Of a stretch of 64,000 nucleotides of DNA, positions 21,268 through 32,336 are shown in pieces. Position 1 is the stretch's first letter. Every line of letters begins with the position of its first letter. The notes below the pieces were generated by a model. It ran no database searches. It saw only the letters and a list, made by a program, of their open reading frames with translations, and was not told the origin of the DNA. Source of the DNA: Gammaproteobacteria bacterium (GTDB taxonomy: Bacteria > Pseudomonadota > Gammaproteobacteria > G965277405); assembly GCA_965277405.1 (NCBI GenBank), contig OZ255726.1:736001-800000 (forward strand). Direction: 5' to 3'. A program made the translations under genes and the position numbers.

Positions 21268-22506
21268 GGAATCTCTGATTAAGACTCTCATATACTCCAA
21301 GAACTCGCATATACTCCAAAAAAGTAATAGCAATAATTTTTAATGGTCAATATTTGACCATTTCGCTGATCTTCTGTTGCTGTGTTACTGTTTTTTATTG
21401 TTTCTTATTGTTTTTCTTGAATTTTGGGCGGTTCTATCCTGTTAGTCGTCCGCGCAGCATGTATAAGTTCGTCAATGCAAGCAAAGAAAATACTTGTACT
21501 CGATTCTTTTCTAGTCCTTTGTAGCGAGCTTTCTTATAACCAAACTGACATTTGATTACCCGAAAACAGTGCTCAATCCGGGCGCGCACCTTAGAGTTCT
21601 GTGTATTGCGTTGGCGCTGCGAGGTGCTCATTTGCTGCTTTGGCTTGCGTTTATCATTCACACGCCAATCTATCCCAAGGTGACGCGAGCCGCGTTTATA
21701 ACTGTCGCTCGTATATCCTGCATCGGCAAAGATGACCTTATCTGTTTCAAGCAGCAATTTGGGGAGTTCATTGATGTCCTCTTCATTCGCGGCTGTCGTG
21801 GTGGACCGCGGCTGTGGTGGTAGGCATTGCCGCGCTATGAATCATATTGCTATTAGCGTCAGTTCCTATATGAATCTTCATGCCAAAATACCACTGCTTG
21901 TCTTTCCTTGTTTGCTGCATTTCAGGATCCCGTTTTTTCTCTTTATTCTTCGTAGATGATGGCGCATTGATGGTCGTGGCATCAACCATTGTCCCTTGTG
22001 AGATTATTATATTATTTTCCATACAATACTCATTCACGACAGCAAGTATCTTGACGCTGAGTTGATGTTTTTCTATGATCCTGCGGGCAAGTTCAAGATG
22101 GTAGTTTCATCAGGGATGGCATCGTCTATCAGCTCTATATGGGCAAAACGCCGCATGCTTTCCATGTCATATAGTGCTTCTTCTACCCCTGGGTCTGATA
22201 AGTTGTACCATTGCTGTAAAAAATAAATGCGTAACATGGTCTGCATATTAATCGGTGGGCGGCCATTCCCTTTCTTGGGATAATGCGGTTCTATTAACTC
22301 TAACAACTGTTGCCATGGAGCTAATTTGTCCATTAACTGCAAGAATTTTTTTTGGTTTCATTGTTACTTTCTTGTGGTCGTATGCAGCACTGGCAAAAGT
22401 TGTTTGTTTCATAAGATTATTCGCTTATTCAAATATTCAAATAGATTCACCATTGTATATCTTTCTAGCTGATATTGCTGTTGTTTGGGACTTAATCAGA
22501 GTTTCC
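21268..22506 (-). mobile_element. IS5-family element (type A), frameshifted transposase
   Basis: TIRs GGAATCTCTGATTAA / TTAATCAGAGTTTCC; GRPP, PDETTILN, VDAT, WYFGMK, ADAGY, RARIEH motifs. Confidence 0.92.
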
Positions 22507-22516
22507 CTAGGTTCAA

Positions 22517-22848
22517 TGAGTATGACAATTAGTGGAGTTCGATGGGAGACGATAGGTCAATCAGAGTTTACTAAAAAACGTCTATACTTATTTGCGTCTT
22601 TAGACCAGTTTGCAAGTACAACAGGTATTCCAGCTGGTATGTTGCTGTTTGGTTTTGCGGGTCTGATAGATAAAGCGGCGTTTATGTATGACAACATTGC
22701 TTGTATGACAACATTGCTTGGGGGAATCGCTTTTTTATTTACGATGCCTTGTCTTATCCACTTTTTATTGAAAGATGATAAATTGAAAGATGATAAGACG
22801 AAAAAAACTCAACTGGATCTGACAATGCGCCTTCCAAGTTTTCATTAA
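22517..22848 (+). pseudogene. Membrane protein C-terminal fragment (MFS-like?)
   Basis: Hydrophobic ORF tail starting at an IS end. Confidence 0.3.
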
Positions 22849-22936
22849 CGATCTCTTACATACCTCAAAATTGAACCACTTTCTTTGACTAGAGTGATGT
22901 AAGGATTTTATTTTCTTATAATGACTCTGGTCTACT

Positions 22937-23642
22937 GTGATAAAATCGCAGTCGTTGACCACGCAAGAAGCTATCGAGTACGAATTAGCGGATGGAACAT
23001 ATGCAACAGGAGAAGTTGAATATGCCGATGATGTTGATGCGTCATGGATGAGCAAAGGTGATAAATTGCCGTATGGTTATAGTGCTACTGTGGTAACAGA
23101 TGAACATGGTGATATCTGTTGCTACGCATGCGGCGCATACCAGCGCGATGGGCAGATTTGCAGATGGTATGGCGTGTAGCTCCTAATCAAAGTCGGACAA
23201 ACGCTGGTGTATGATAAGGGAGCTGCCAGCAAAGCAAATCAAGCAAATCTAGGTGATAAGCAAATTGATGATGGAATTATGCGGAAAAAGCCACGCGGTA
23301 AACAAATGCCACACTGGCAAAAGGCTGACATCATCAAATTTGTAGTCGAGCGAACTTTCGCCACAATGAAAAGGGTGTATGGTCTCCAGCGCACGATATC
23401 TTGGCATAGCCAAAGTCGATGCTGAGGTTGAAGGCAATGGCGTATAACTTGAAAAGGGATCGCAACTTATATCAACAACAGCAGCAGTATTGCTCTTAAA
23501 TGGTGGGAAATAGGACCAAAAAAGACCGGATAAATGGGCATATATGCACCATTTTCGGCGCATTCTGTGTTTTTTAGTAGAAACACCCAATTTACGATTG
23601 CCCACGCTTCAAAGCAAAAAATAAGAGGGTATTGCAGTTGTC
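22937..23642 (+). pseudogene. Decayed IS5-family (IS1106-like) transposase
   Basis: DVDASWMSKG..YGY, YDKGAAS, IMRKKPRGK, VERTFATMKRVYG across several frames. Confidence 0.7.
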
Positions 23643-23731
23643 TTCATTCATGCAGCGCTTGCAAGCCAACAAAACGCATCTGCATCAGCAACGTAATCTG
23701 AACTTGCCGATGCAGAGCTACAATTGAGTTA

Positions 23732-24229
23732 TCAGTCAAGAAACAAATCATCAAAATTTTTGTCTTGATGCTGTGCCAAATGTTTAACCATCGTGGTGCT
23801 GATAACCGCATGAATATCTATGTGATTTTCATGGTGAATAAGGTTTTTGACAAGAAAGTCACGAACACGGTTAATCTGTTCGATTTCATCAACTTGGACA
23901 TGCAACAACACATCAAAAAATCCACTGACATGATAAATTGCATACACTTCGCTTATATCAAGCAATTTGCGCTTAAATGTATCAAACTCTAATCCACCGA
24001 GCTTAATGGTAATGAAGGCATCGATGGTACGAGCAACATTGGTATTGCCAAAAATTGTGTGATAGCCACGGATAACCCTTAAATCTTCTAGCTTACTTAA
24101 CCGTTGATTGACAGCACTTCTTGAAAGCCCAATGCTGCGTGAAATATGCGCAATAGGGATTCTGGCGTTGTCTTTAAGGTGGGCGAGAATTCTACGATCA
24201 TAGCGATCTAATACTAATTTATTACTCAT
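23732..24229 (-). CDS. Lrp/AsnC family transcriptional regulator
   Basis: LDRYDRRIL..L..NAR, GLSRSAVNQRL..LE, VIRGY, VSGFFD. Confidence 0.9.
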   Translation of the reverse strand: MSNKLVLDRYDRRILAHLKDNARIPIAHISRSIGLSRSAVNQRLSKLEDLRVIRGYHTIFGNTNVARTIDAFITIKLGGLEFDTFKRKLLDISEVYAIYHVSGFFDVLLHVQVDEIEQINRVRDFLVKNLIHHENHIDIHAVISTTMVKHLAQHQDKNFDDLFLD

Positions 24230-24479
24230 GATTTACTCCATTCTCCTCGCATATACAGCGAAGTTTGTAAAGCAACAATATCAATGATAGTCACATTCTT
24301 GTTGCTATAATTACTAGGAATACCCAGTATTTGAATAAATGAATAACTACAACACATCACATAGTGAGTTTTGTATTGTTATTACACACTATCAGAACAT
24401 CATATACAAAAACATTATTTTGTATGCATAATTAGCGATATATTATATCATCGCAATGCGCATCATACCTAGCAGCAAC

Positions 24480-24534
24480 TTAGGTAAGCTCTGATTAAGC
24501 CGCTGGTGGAGCGAGTTAATCAGAGCTTACCTAA
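24480..24534. repeat. Minimal MITE / 19-bp perfect inverted repeat
   Basis: TTAGGTAAGCTCTGATTAA - 17 nt - TTAATCAGAGCTTACCTAA. Confidence 0.85.
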
Positions 24535-24791
24535 AGGATTTTTTCTCCTGAGAAACCTTCTCACAGCCAAAGACATGAAGTTTTTCATTTTGCAGATCAA
24601 TGGTTTATACTTGATGAGGACACACGGAGATATCCAATTTTCATGAGATGACTGGGTTAGAAGTTTCAAAATTATCTTATGGTTTTGGACTGTGTTTTGT
24701 CACGAATTTTGAGACGCATGGCATGGGCTTTTGCTCTTTTCCCAGACTGTATAGATATTGAGACGGTGTATGACCCCAGCAACCCAAGCGC

Positions 24792-25067
24792 TCAGGAATA
24801 GTGCTGTCTAAGTTTCTGGTATACCTTGTCACGCTTCTCAACAATGGTGACAAGCAGTGTATCATCATCAAATTCATAGATGATACGGTAACTGCCCACA
24901 CGAGCGCGGTGACAAGGATAGCCAACAATTTTGGTGGAATTCCGTGGTGTTGCATCTTTACGCAGCTTTTCAATTTGCGCAGCGATTACTCTGGCAATTT
25001 CCGGTGTACGTTTGATGAGTTGGTCGAGAGATTTTCCCGACTGGCTGGTGAATTGCAGTTTACGCAT
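24792..25067 (-). CDS. RelE/ParE family toxin
   Basis: RARVGSYRIIYE...VEKRDKVY. Confidence 0.88.
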   Translation of the reverse strand: MRKLQFTSQSGKSLDQLIKRTPEIARVIAAQIEKLRKDATPRNSTKIVGYPCHRARVGSYRIIYEFDDDTLLVTIVEKRDKVYQKLRQHYS

Positions 25068-25311
25068 TTTTCATACGTGTTAGCAGGCTTTCAGAGGATT
25101 CAGAATCCAAAATGCCTTCCTGCTTGGCTTCTTCGGACATTTCTCCCCACACCTTATCTTCTGCAACAGAATCGTGTTGAATACGCTCCATAAGCGCATC
25201 AATCACATAATTCTTCAGGGTTTTCCCGTGAGCGATGGCCTGAATTTTCAGCTCATCACGAAAATCAGGTGAAACATTGATGGTCAGCCTTGTGGGAGTC
25301 TTGGTGGTCAT
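25060..25311 (-). CDS. Antitoxin, ribbon-helix-helix-like
   Basis: RLTINVS...LKIQA..GKTLKNYV; acidic tail; overlaps the toxin start. Confidence 0.8.
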   Translation of the reverse strand: MTTKTPTRLTINVSPDFRDELKIQAIAHGKTLKNYVIDALMERIQHDSVAEDKVWGEMSEEAKQEGILDSESSESLLTRMKNA

Positions 25312-25532
25312 ATAGTTTTCCAGTTAATGCAATAATACAGTTAAGAGTATATATGAAAATGCACTGTTGTCATAACTTTTGACATCGCGGCATTTCTGGA
25401 TAGCTTTTCACAATCCCTCACACGCCGCGCCAAAGACGGCTTGTGGGACCGGCCGCGAGAAAACCTCCTTTTAAGCCTGCTCTGTACACCTGTCAGCACA
25501 AAAAAGGCAGCATCCGCCATCCGTAACCATTG

Positions 25533-26735
25533 GGAAGCTCTGATTAAGTCCCAAACAACAGCAATATCAGCTAGCAAGATATACAAAGAGAGAATCTATT
25601 TGCATAAGCGGATGTTCTTATGCAACAAACAACTTTTGCCAGTGCTGCATACGACCACAAGAAAGTAACAACAAAACGTGAAAAATTCTTGCAGTTAATG
25701 GACAAATTAGCTCCATGGCAACAGTTGTTGGAGTTAATAGAACCGCATTATCCCAAGAAAGGGAATGGCCGCCCACCGATTAATATGCAGACCATGTTAC
25801 GCATTTATTGTTTACAGCAATGGTACAACTTATCAGACCCAGGGGTAGAAGAAGCACTATATGACATGGAAAGCATGCGGCGTTTTGCCCATATAGAGCT
25901 GATAGACGATGCCATCCCTGATGAAACCACCATCTTGAACTTGCCCGCAGGATCATAGAAAAACATCAACTCAGCGTCAAGATACTTGCTGTCGTGAATG
26001 AGTATTGTATGGAAAATAATATAATAATCTCACAAGGGACAATGGTTGATGCCACGACCATCAATGCGCCATCATCTACGAAGAATAAAGAGAAAAAACG
26101 GGATCCTGAAATGCATCAAACCCGCAAAGGCAAGCAGTGGTATTTTGGCATGAAAATGCATATAGCAACTCGACGCTAATAGCAATATGATTCATAGCGC
26201 GGCAATGCCTACCACCACAGCCGCGAATGAAGCTGACATCAATGAACTCCCAAAATTGCTGCGTGAAACAGATAAGGTTATCTTTGCCGATGCAGGATAT
26301 ACGAGCGACAGTTATAAACGCGGCTCGCGTCATCTTGGGATAGATTGGCGTGTGAATGATAAACGCAAGCCAAAGCAGCAAATGAGCACCTCGCAGCGCA
26401 AACGCAATAGACAGAACTCTAAGGTGCGCGCCCGGATTGAGCACTGTTTTCGGGTAATCAAATGTCAGTTTGGTTATAAGAAAGCTCGCTACAAAGGACT
26501 AGAAAAGAATCGAGTACAAGTATTTTCTTTGCTGGCATTGACGAACTTATACATGCTGCGCGGACAACTAACAGGATAGAACCGCCCAAAATTCAAGAAA
26601 AACAGTAAAAAACAGTAAAACAGCAACAGAAAATCAGCGAAATGATCAAATATTGACCATTGAAAATTATTGCTATTATTTTTTTGGAGTATATGCGAGT
26701 TATTGGAGTGTATGAGAGTCTTAATCAGAGATTCC
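25533..26735 (+). mobile_element. IS5-family element (type A), frameshifted transposase
   Basis: Near-identical inverted copy of 21268-22506; TIRs GGAAGCTCTGATTAA / TTAATCAGAGATTCC. Confidence 0.92.
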
Positions 26736-26865
26736 TTAGCAAATAATAGTGAACAGTTGTTGCGTATTGCATCACTGTGTGGTGATATTCGAAATGAACG
26801 GCGTTGCAATCTGATCAGCGCGACCAATAGTATTTATACAAAAACAATCCATATACAACGCAACC

Positions 26866-27192
26866 ATGCCAATTTATCTTTATAAATGTTCATCGTGTGA
26901 AAGCACTCAAGAAAAGCTGCAAAAATTGAGTGACGCACCACTCTATCAATGCCAAAACTGCCTTACAGATACTTTGGTAAAACAACTCACTGCACCAGTA
27001 TTTCGTTTGAAAGGCGGCGGTTGGTATGAAACAGATTTCAAAACTGACAAAAAGCGCAATCTTGCATCTGCTAGCTCAACCGATGCAACGAACACTCCTG
27101 CAACTACGACTGATAGCAAGACAAAGGATGACAAACCTGCAAATACAAACAGTAGTTTAAGCACTACACCCGCGCCATCTCCTGCTGCATAA
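26866..27192 (+). CDS. FmdB-family zinc ribbon protein
   Basis: MPIY.YKCSSC...CQNC...FRLKGGGWYETDFK; usual neighbour of aspS. Confidence 0.9.
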   Translation: MPIYLYKCSSCESTQEKLQKLSDAPLYQCQNCLTDTLVKQLTAPVFRLKGGGWYETDFKTDKKRNLASASSTDATNTPATTTDSKTKDDKPANTNSSLSTTPAPSPAA

Positions 27193-27267
27193 CTTTATAT
27201 TTTTTATTTTGAGCAACCCAGTGGGCATTATGCTATTGGCTAGGTCATTTCATTAAACACGATACCA

Positions 27268-29007
27268 ATGCGAACACATTACTGCGGTGAACTCACCGCT
27301 CAACATATTGATTCAGACATAATAATCTGCGGTTGGGTGCATAATAGGCGCGACCACGGTGGTGTCGTTTTTTTGGATATGCGCGACGTACGTGGCATTG
27401 CACAAGTTGTCTGTAACCCAAACAATCAGGCAGCATTTGCCATTGCCGATAAAGCGCGCTGCGAATTTGTGTTGCAAATCAGCGGCCGCGTTCGCCAACG
27501 ACCAGCAGGCACGGTCAATGCTGCGATGCACACTGGTGAAATAGAAGTCGAAGCCAGCACTGTGACAGTATTGGCAGGCTCAAAACCACTGCCATTCCCG
27601 CTTGATGAACACTACAACATTGGTGAAGAAATCCGCTTGCAATATCGATTTTTAGATTTGCGCCGCCCTGAAATGCAGAAAAATTTTTTCATGCGGCATC
27701 AAGTGATGAAAATTGTACGGTCGTATCTTGATGAAAACGCCTTCATTGATTTAGAAACACCTATGTTAACACGGGCGACCCCAGAAGGTGCGCGCGACTA
27801 TTTAGTGCCAAGCCGTACCCACCCACACCACTTTTTTGCCTTGCCACAATCGCCACAATTATTCAAACAGTTACTCATGGCCGGCGGATTTGATCGCTAC
27901 TATCAAATCGTTAAATGTTTTCGTGACGAAGATCTCCGCGCAGACCGTCAACCTGAATTTACCCAAATCGATATTGAGGCAAGTTTCGTTGATGAAGCAA
28001 CGATTATGGACTTGACCGAACGCATGCTTAAACTACTGTTTTCCCAAGTTCTCAAGATTGATCTGCCAGATTTCCCCCGCATCTCATACCAGCAGGCGCT
28101 GGAGCTGTATGGCTCGGACAAACCAGATTTACGGATTTCGCTCCAGCTCGTTGACGTTGCTGATGACATGAAAAATGTCGCATTCAAAGTGTTTTCTGGT
28201 CCTGCCAACGACCCAAACTCACGTGTTGCTGCGCTCAAAGTGCCTGGTGGAGCCAAGCTCAGTCGCAGCGCTATCGATGAATATACAAAATTCGTTAGCC
28301 GCTATCGCGCCAAAGGTTTGGCATATATCAAGGTCGAAGACGATGGGCTGCATTCGCCAATTTTAAAATTTCTGCCAGAAAATGTCATCGAGCATCTGCG
28401 CAGCAAACTTGCGCTTGAGCCAGGGGACATTGTGTTTTTTGGCGCAGATAAAACCCAAATCGTCAACGACGCACTCGGCGCACTGCGGACAAAAATTGGC
28501 ATGGATCTCGGCTTGATACAACCCGGTTGGCAACCACTTTGGGTGACTGATTTCCCAATGTTTGACCACGATGTCCACACAGGTAAACGTACCGCGCTCC
28601 ACCATCCGTTTACCGCACCAATTGACGTGAATGCTGCGCCCGACACCATGCTCTCGCGCGCCTACGATATCGTTATAAATGGCGTAGAAATTGGCGGAGG
28701 CTCGATGCGCATTCATACCGCAGATATACAGGAAACAGTGTTAGGTTTACTCGGCATCAACCAGCAGCAGGCACAACAGCAATTTGGTTTTTTGCTTACA
28801 GCACTCGAGTACGGCTGTCCCCCGCATGGTGGTATCGCGCTTGGACTAGACCGGCTTATCATGATGATGTGCGGCAGCGACAGTATTCGCGATGTCATTA
28901 CTTTTCCAAAAACCCAAAGTGCTGCATGCTTACTCACCAAAGCTCCCGGCAGCGCATCAAAGCAACAATTGCAAGAGCTCCACTTACGCCTGGCAAAATT
29001 TGACTAA
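27268..29007 (+). CDS. aspS: Aspartate-tRNA ligase
   Basis: [56 protein letters not shown]. Confidence 0.97.
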   Translation: MRTHYCGELTAQHIDSDIIICGWVHNRRDHGGVVFLDMRDVRGIAQVVCNPNNQAAFAIADKARCEFVLQISGRVRQRPAGTVNAAMHTGEIEVEASTVTVLAGSKPLPFPLDEHYNIGEEIRLQYRFLDLRRPEMQKNFFMRHQVMKIVRSYLDENAFIDLETPMLTRATPEGARDYLVPSRTHPHHFFALPQSPQLFKQLLMAGGFDRYYQIVKCFRDEDLRADRQPEFTQIDIEASFVDEATIMDLTERMLKLLFSQVLKIDLPDFPRISYQQALELYGSDKPDLRISLQLVDVADDMKNVAFKVFSGPANDPNSRVAALKVPGGAKLSRSAIDEYTKFVSRYRAKGLAYIKVEDDGLHSPILKFLPENVIEHLRSKLALEPGDIVFFGADKTQIVNDALGALRTKIGMDLGLIQPGWQPLWVTDFPMFDHDVHTGKRTALHHPFTAPIDVNAAPDTMLSRAYDIVINGVEIGGGSMRIHTADIQETVLGLLGINQQQAQQQFGFLLTALEYGCPPHGGIALGLDRLIMMMCGSDSIRDVITFPKTQSAACLLTKAPGSASKQQLQELHLRLAKFD

Positions 29008-29014
29008 CACCTAT

Positions 29015-29318
29015 GGAACCTCTGATTAAGCCCATGACGGGCGAGACGGAGCAACAACGCTCGATGAAAGTTAAGCGCAGTGCGCAGGTCACACTGGTGC
29101 AGTCTTTGTGGGTGTTGCCAAGTGCCGCAACGACGCAGCGCAGTGTTTTTTCCCGACCCTGTTTCGTGAATTTACTTTTGATTTGCGCCAATTGCTTAAC
29201 GTTTGCTGTGTTGCATCCCTTGGCGTATATGCTACGGCATGCGCTCAGTGGAATGCGCCTTGCAATCATCAGCAATTGCAGGCAAACTCGCTCCATCAGC
29301 GGGTTAATCAGGGCTCTG
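29015..29318 (-). mobile_element. ~300-bp MITE family copy
   Basis: TIRs GGAACCTCTGATTAA / TTAATCAGGGCTCT; fills the aspS-yebC gap. Confidence 0.88.
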
Positions 29319-29319
29319 T

Positions 29320-30030
29320 ATGGCAGGACATAGCAAATGGGCGAACATTCGCCACAGAAAAGGCAGACAAGACGTGAAGCGTGGCAAGGTTTTTACCAAA
29401 CTGATTCGCGAACTGACTATCGCAGCTAAAGGTAGTCCATCACCAGAAGATAATCCACGGCTGCGCTTGGCGATTGACAAAGCACTCTCGGCAAACATGA
29501 CCCGCGATACGATAGATCGCGCAATTGCCCGCGGATCTGGGACGGCTGACACGGGTCATATGGATGAAATCACCTACGAAGGGTATGCGAACGGAGGTGT
29601 CGCAATTCTGGTTGCAGCAGTGAGCGATAACCGCAACAGAACAGTTGCTGAAATTCGCCATGCCTTCAGCAAAAACGGCGGCAACCTCGGGACAGATGGG
29701 TCGGTGGCGTATTTATTTGAGCGGCGCGGCATGTTGATGTTCGCTGCCAGCGTTGACGAAGACCAGCTGATACAAATAGCACTTGAATCTGGTGCTGATG
29801 ATGTAATCAACGAAGAAGAATGCTTTGTGGTATATACTCAACCAGATAGTCTGCTGACAGTTCTTCAAGCCTGCCAAGCCGCCAACATTCAGCCGCAAAA
29901 TCATGAAATCGCCATGGTCGCCCAAACCACTGTTGCCTTAGATGACGCAGCCAGCGAATCATTAGCGCAACTGATTGACGCACTCGAAGACCTTGACGAT
30001 GTACAAAATGTGTATTCAAACGCGCAGTAA
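29320..30030 (+). CDS. yebC: YebC/PmpR family protein
   Basis: MAGHSKWANIRHRKG, YEGY, DNRNRT, DLDDVQNVYSN. Confidence 0.95.
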   Translation: MAGHSKWANIRHRKGRQDVKRGKVFTKLIRELTIAAKGSPSPEDNPRLRLAIDKALSANMTRDTIDRAIARGSGTADTGHMDEITYEGYANGGVAILVAAVSDNRNRTVAEIRHAFSKNGGNLGTDGSVAYLFERRGMLMFAASVDEDQLIQIALESGADDVINEEECFVVYTQPDSLLTVLQACQAANIQPQNHEIAMVAQTTVALDDAASESLAQLIDALEDLDDVQNVYSNAQ

Positions 30031-30032
30031 CC

Positions 30033-30512
30033 GTGCGCATTTTTGGGATTGACCCTGGATCTCGCATCACCGGGTTTGGCTGTATTGATATCGTCGACCG
30101 CAACATCAGCTACGTCGCTTCGGGGACAATTAAAGTCAGCCACCATCGATTCCCACTGAACCTCAAATTTTTATTTTTACACACCCGCGAATTGATGGAA
30201 AAATACCACCCAGATGAATGTGCTATTGAACAAGTATTTGTTGCCAAAAATCCATCGAGCGCCATCAAGCTCGGTCAAGCACGCGGCGCATTATTGTGCG
30301 CGATGATGATGCAATCAACCCAAGTTGCCGAATATGCCGCGCGCTCGATCAAACAAGCAGTTGTTGGCAACGGTGGCGCCAGCAAACAACAAGTACAATT
30401 TATGGTACAAGCAATCCTCAATTTGCCAAAACAATCGCAGCCAGACGCGGCAGATGCGTTGGCTATTGCTATTTGTCACGCCCATGTACGCAACGCAGCA
30501 ACTGCAAAATAG
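30033..30512 (+). CDS. ruvC: Holliday junction resolvase RuvC
   Basis: GIDPGSRITGFG, KLGQARG, DAADALAIAICH. Confidence 0.96.
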   Translation: MRIFGIDPGSRITGFGCIDIVDRNISYVASGTIKVSHHRFPLNLKFLFLHTRELMEKYHPDECAIEQVFVAKNPSSAIKLGQARGALLCAMMMQSTQVAEYAARSIKQAVVGNGGASKQQVQFMVQAILNLPKQSQPDAADALAIAICHAHVRNAATAK

Positions 30513-30735
30513 CGACCAGCCTCAATAACAAATTAACAGCATTAGCTACAAACTTCTGTTGCTGAGCGCTAATAAGAATGGGGAGGTTACACTCAAATAA
30601 TGAAGTTTTCTTAAATACAGCTACAGGGAAGCACGCATAGGGTGCAAAGGTAAATGCAAAGGTAAAAGTAAATACTGCCTGCACGAAATCCAACAACATG
30701 TTGGTTTGCAATTTTTTACTAATGTAAAAAATCTT

Positions 30736-31848
30736 GGGTCAACTATAAAAGTGCGGTGTATTTATTATATATTTGTTTAAAATTAAGCTAAAATTAAAAT
30801 TATGGATGCAAGTCAAGTAAAAGCATATATTCAAGTTTATCACAGTCTAACCAGGAGCATTTATTAAAATCCTTAAGCAGGATACAAATTGAATCGGATT
30901 ACACAGAATTATTGCAATTACGTGGAGATGCCGTTGATGACAAGCGATCAGAATGCCCTCATTGTCAAAGTACTAATTATTACAAGAATGGAAATGACAA
31001 AGGGAGTAGCAGCTATAAATGTAAGGATTGTCAGCGTGGTTTTACAGAATATACAGGGACGTGGATCAGTGGGCTTCATAACAAGCACTTAGTCATTAAG
31101 TTTTTAAAAACGCTGGAATCTACTTTAAATTTGATTAAAATTTCTCAGGAGACAGGACTTGACCCAGTTACTATTTTTAATTGGCGGCACAAATTTTTAT
31201 CCTCCCAAGAATCTGTTGAGAATCAAAAACCATGTAAGGGATAATCGCAGTGGATGAAACTTTTTACTTACAAAGTCAGAAAGCAAAGAAGTGTACCGAT
31301 AGAACTCCAATAAATAGAGGTGGGAGACCCACAAGAGGAATAACAAATAACGGACCTCTGTACTAACAATTATGGATAAATCAGGAAATCCAGCATATAG
31401 GTTCATCAATATGGGTAGAATTTCAACTGACGATATACAAAAAGCCATAGGAAATAGAACCTCCAAAAGAACCATTCATTGCAGTGATGGACACAACAGC
31501 TATAAATCTTTTACCAACAAGAAGAAAATAGAACATCATATTCTAAATGCCACTATCTAAATACCACTAAAGGAATAATGGTAAATGGAGATTATCACAT
31601 ACAACATATTAATATGTTTGCATACTGGAATTAAAATATCTTTAACTATAATATACAAGGCGTGTCAACAAAATACTTGCAAAAGTATTAAAATTGGCAA
31701 GGAATAAAAGACCTATTTAAAGACACTACAAAATGGATAAAACGGTACTTGCATTATCCTTACAAAAGCAGCTGCAATCACCATTTATAATAAAATAGAA
31801 AAAGATTATTTGAAAATTGATAAGTCATCGCAACTTTCAAGTTGAGTC
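30736..31848 (+). pseudogene. Decayed IS1595-family element, AT-rich
   Basis: CPHC..YKCKDC zinc ribbon, FNWRHK, DET, CSDG, YHIQHIN, GVSTKYLQ fragments; imperfect TIRs GGGTCAACT / AGTTGAGTC. Confidence 0.8.
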
Positions 31849-32310
31849 AACCCATACAACTATTTAATGGAGATACGCCTAAGCAATTATTAGCTAGAAG
31901 CAGATATATTATAGCTAAAAAATAAAATGAGTGGACAGAGAGTCACAAACAAAGAGCTACATTGTTATTTAAACCATAACCACATTTAGAAACAGTTTAT
32001 AACCACACTCATGAACTTAGAAATATCTATGAAAACACAGATAAAGTAATCGCTCAAGAGCGTTTTGACAAATCGATTGAAGATACATTTGAAGCAAAAT
32101 TAGAAATTTTTTATACAACAGCGCATACTGTAAAAGCTCATTGTGATAATATACTCAACTTTTTTGACAACAAAATACCAATGCCAAATCTTTTAATGCT
32201 AACATAAAACTCTTTATGGCTAACTTAACGGGGTAGTAGCTACTACTTTTTTCCTCATTAGATTACATAAATTATTCGCCTAATCTCCGAAATTGAATGT
32301 GCCCCGAAAA
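31849..32310 (+). pseudogene. ISL3-like (Bacteroidetes ISAon1-type) transposase 3' remnant
   Basis: FNGDTPKQLLARSRY motif, then ILNFFD..NA..FNA fragments. Confidence 0.6.
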
Positions 32311-32336
32311 GACAACACAAAGATTACTGCGTGAAT

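Noticed and set aside
21106-21333. ORFs starting in IS5 ends (MLLLFWSICE..., also 26670-26885)
   Set aside because: They read out of the IS terminal region into unrelated flanks
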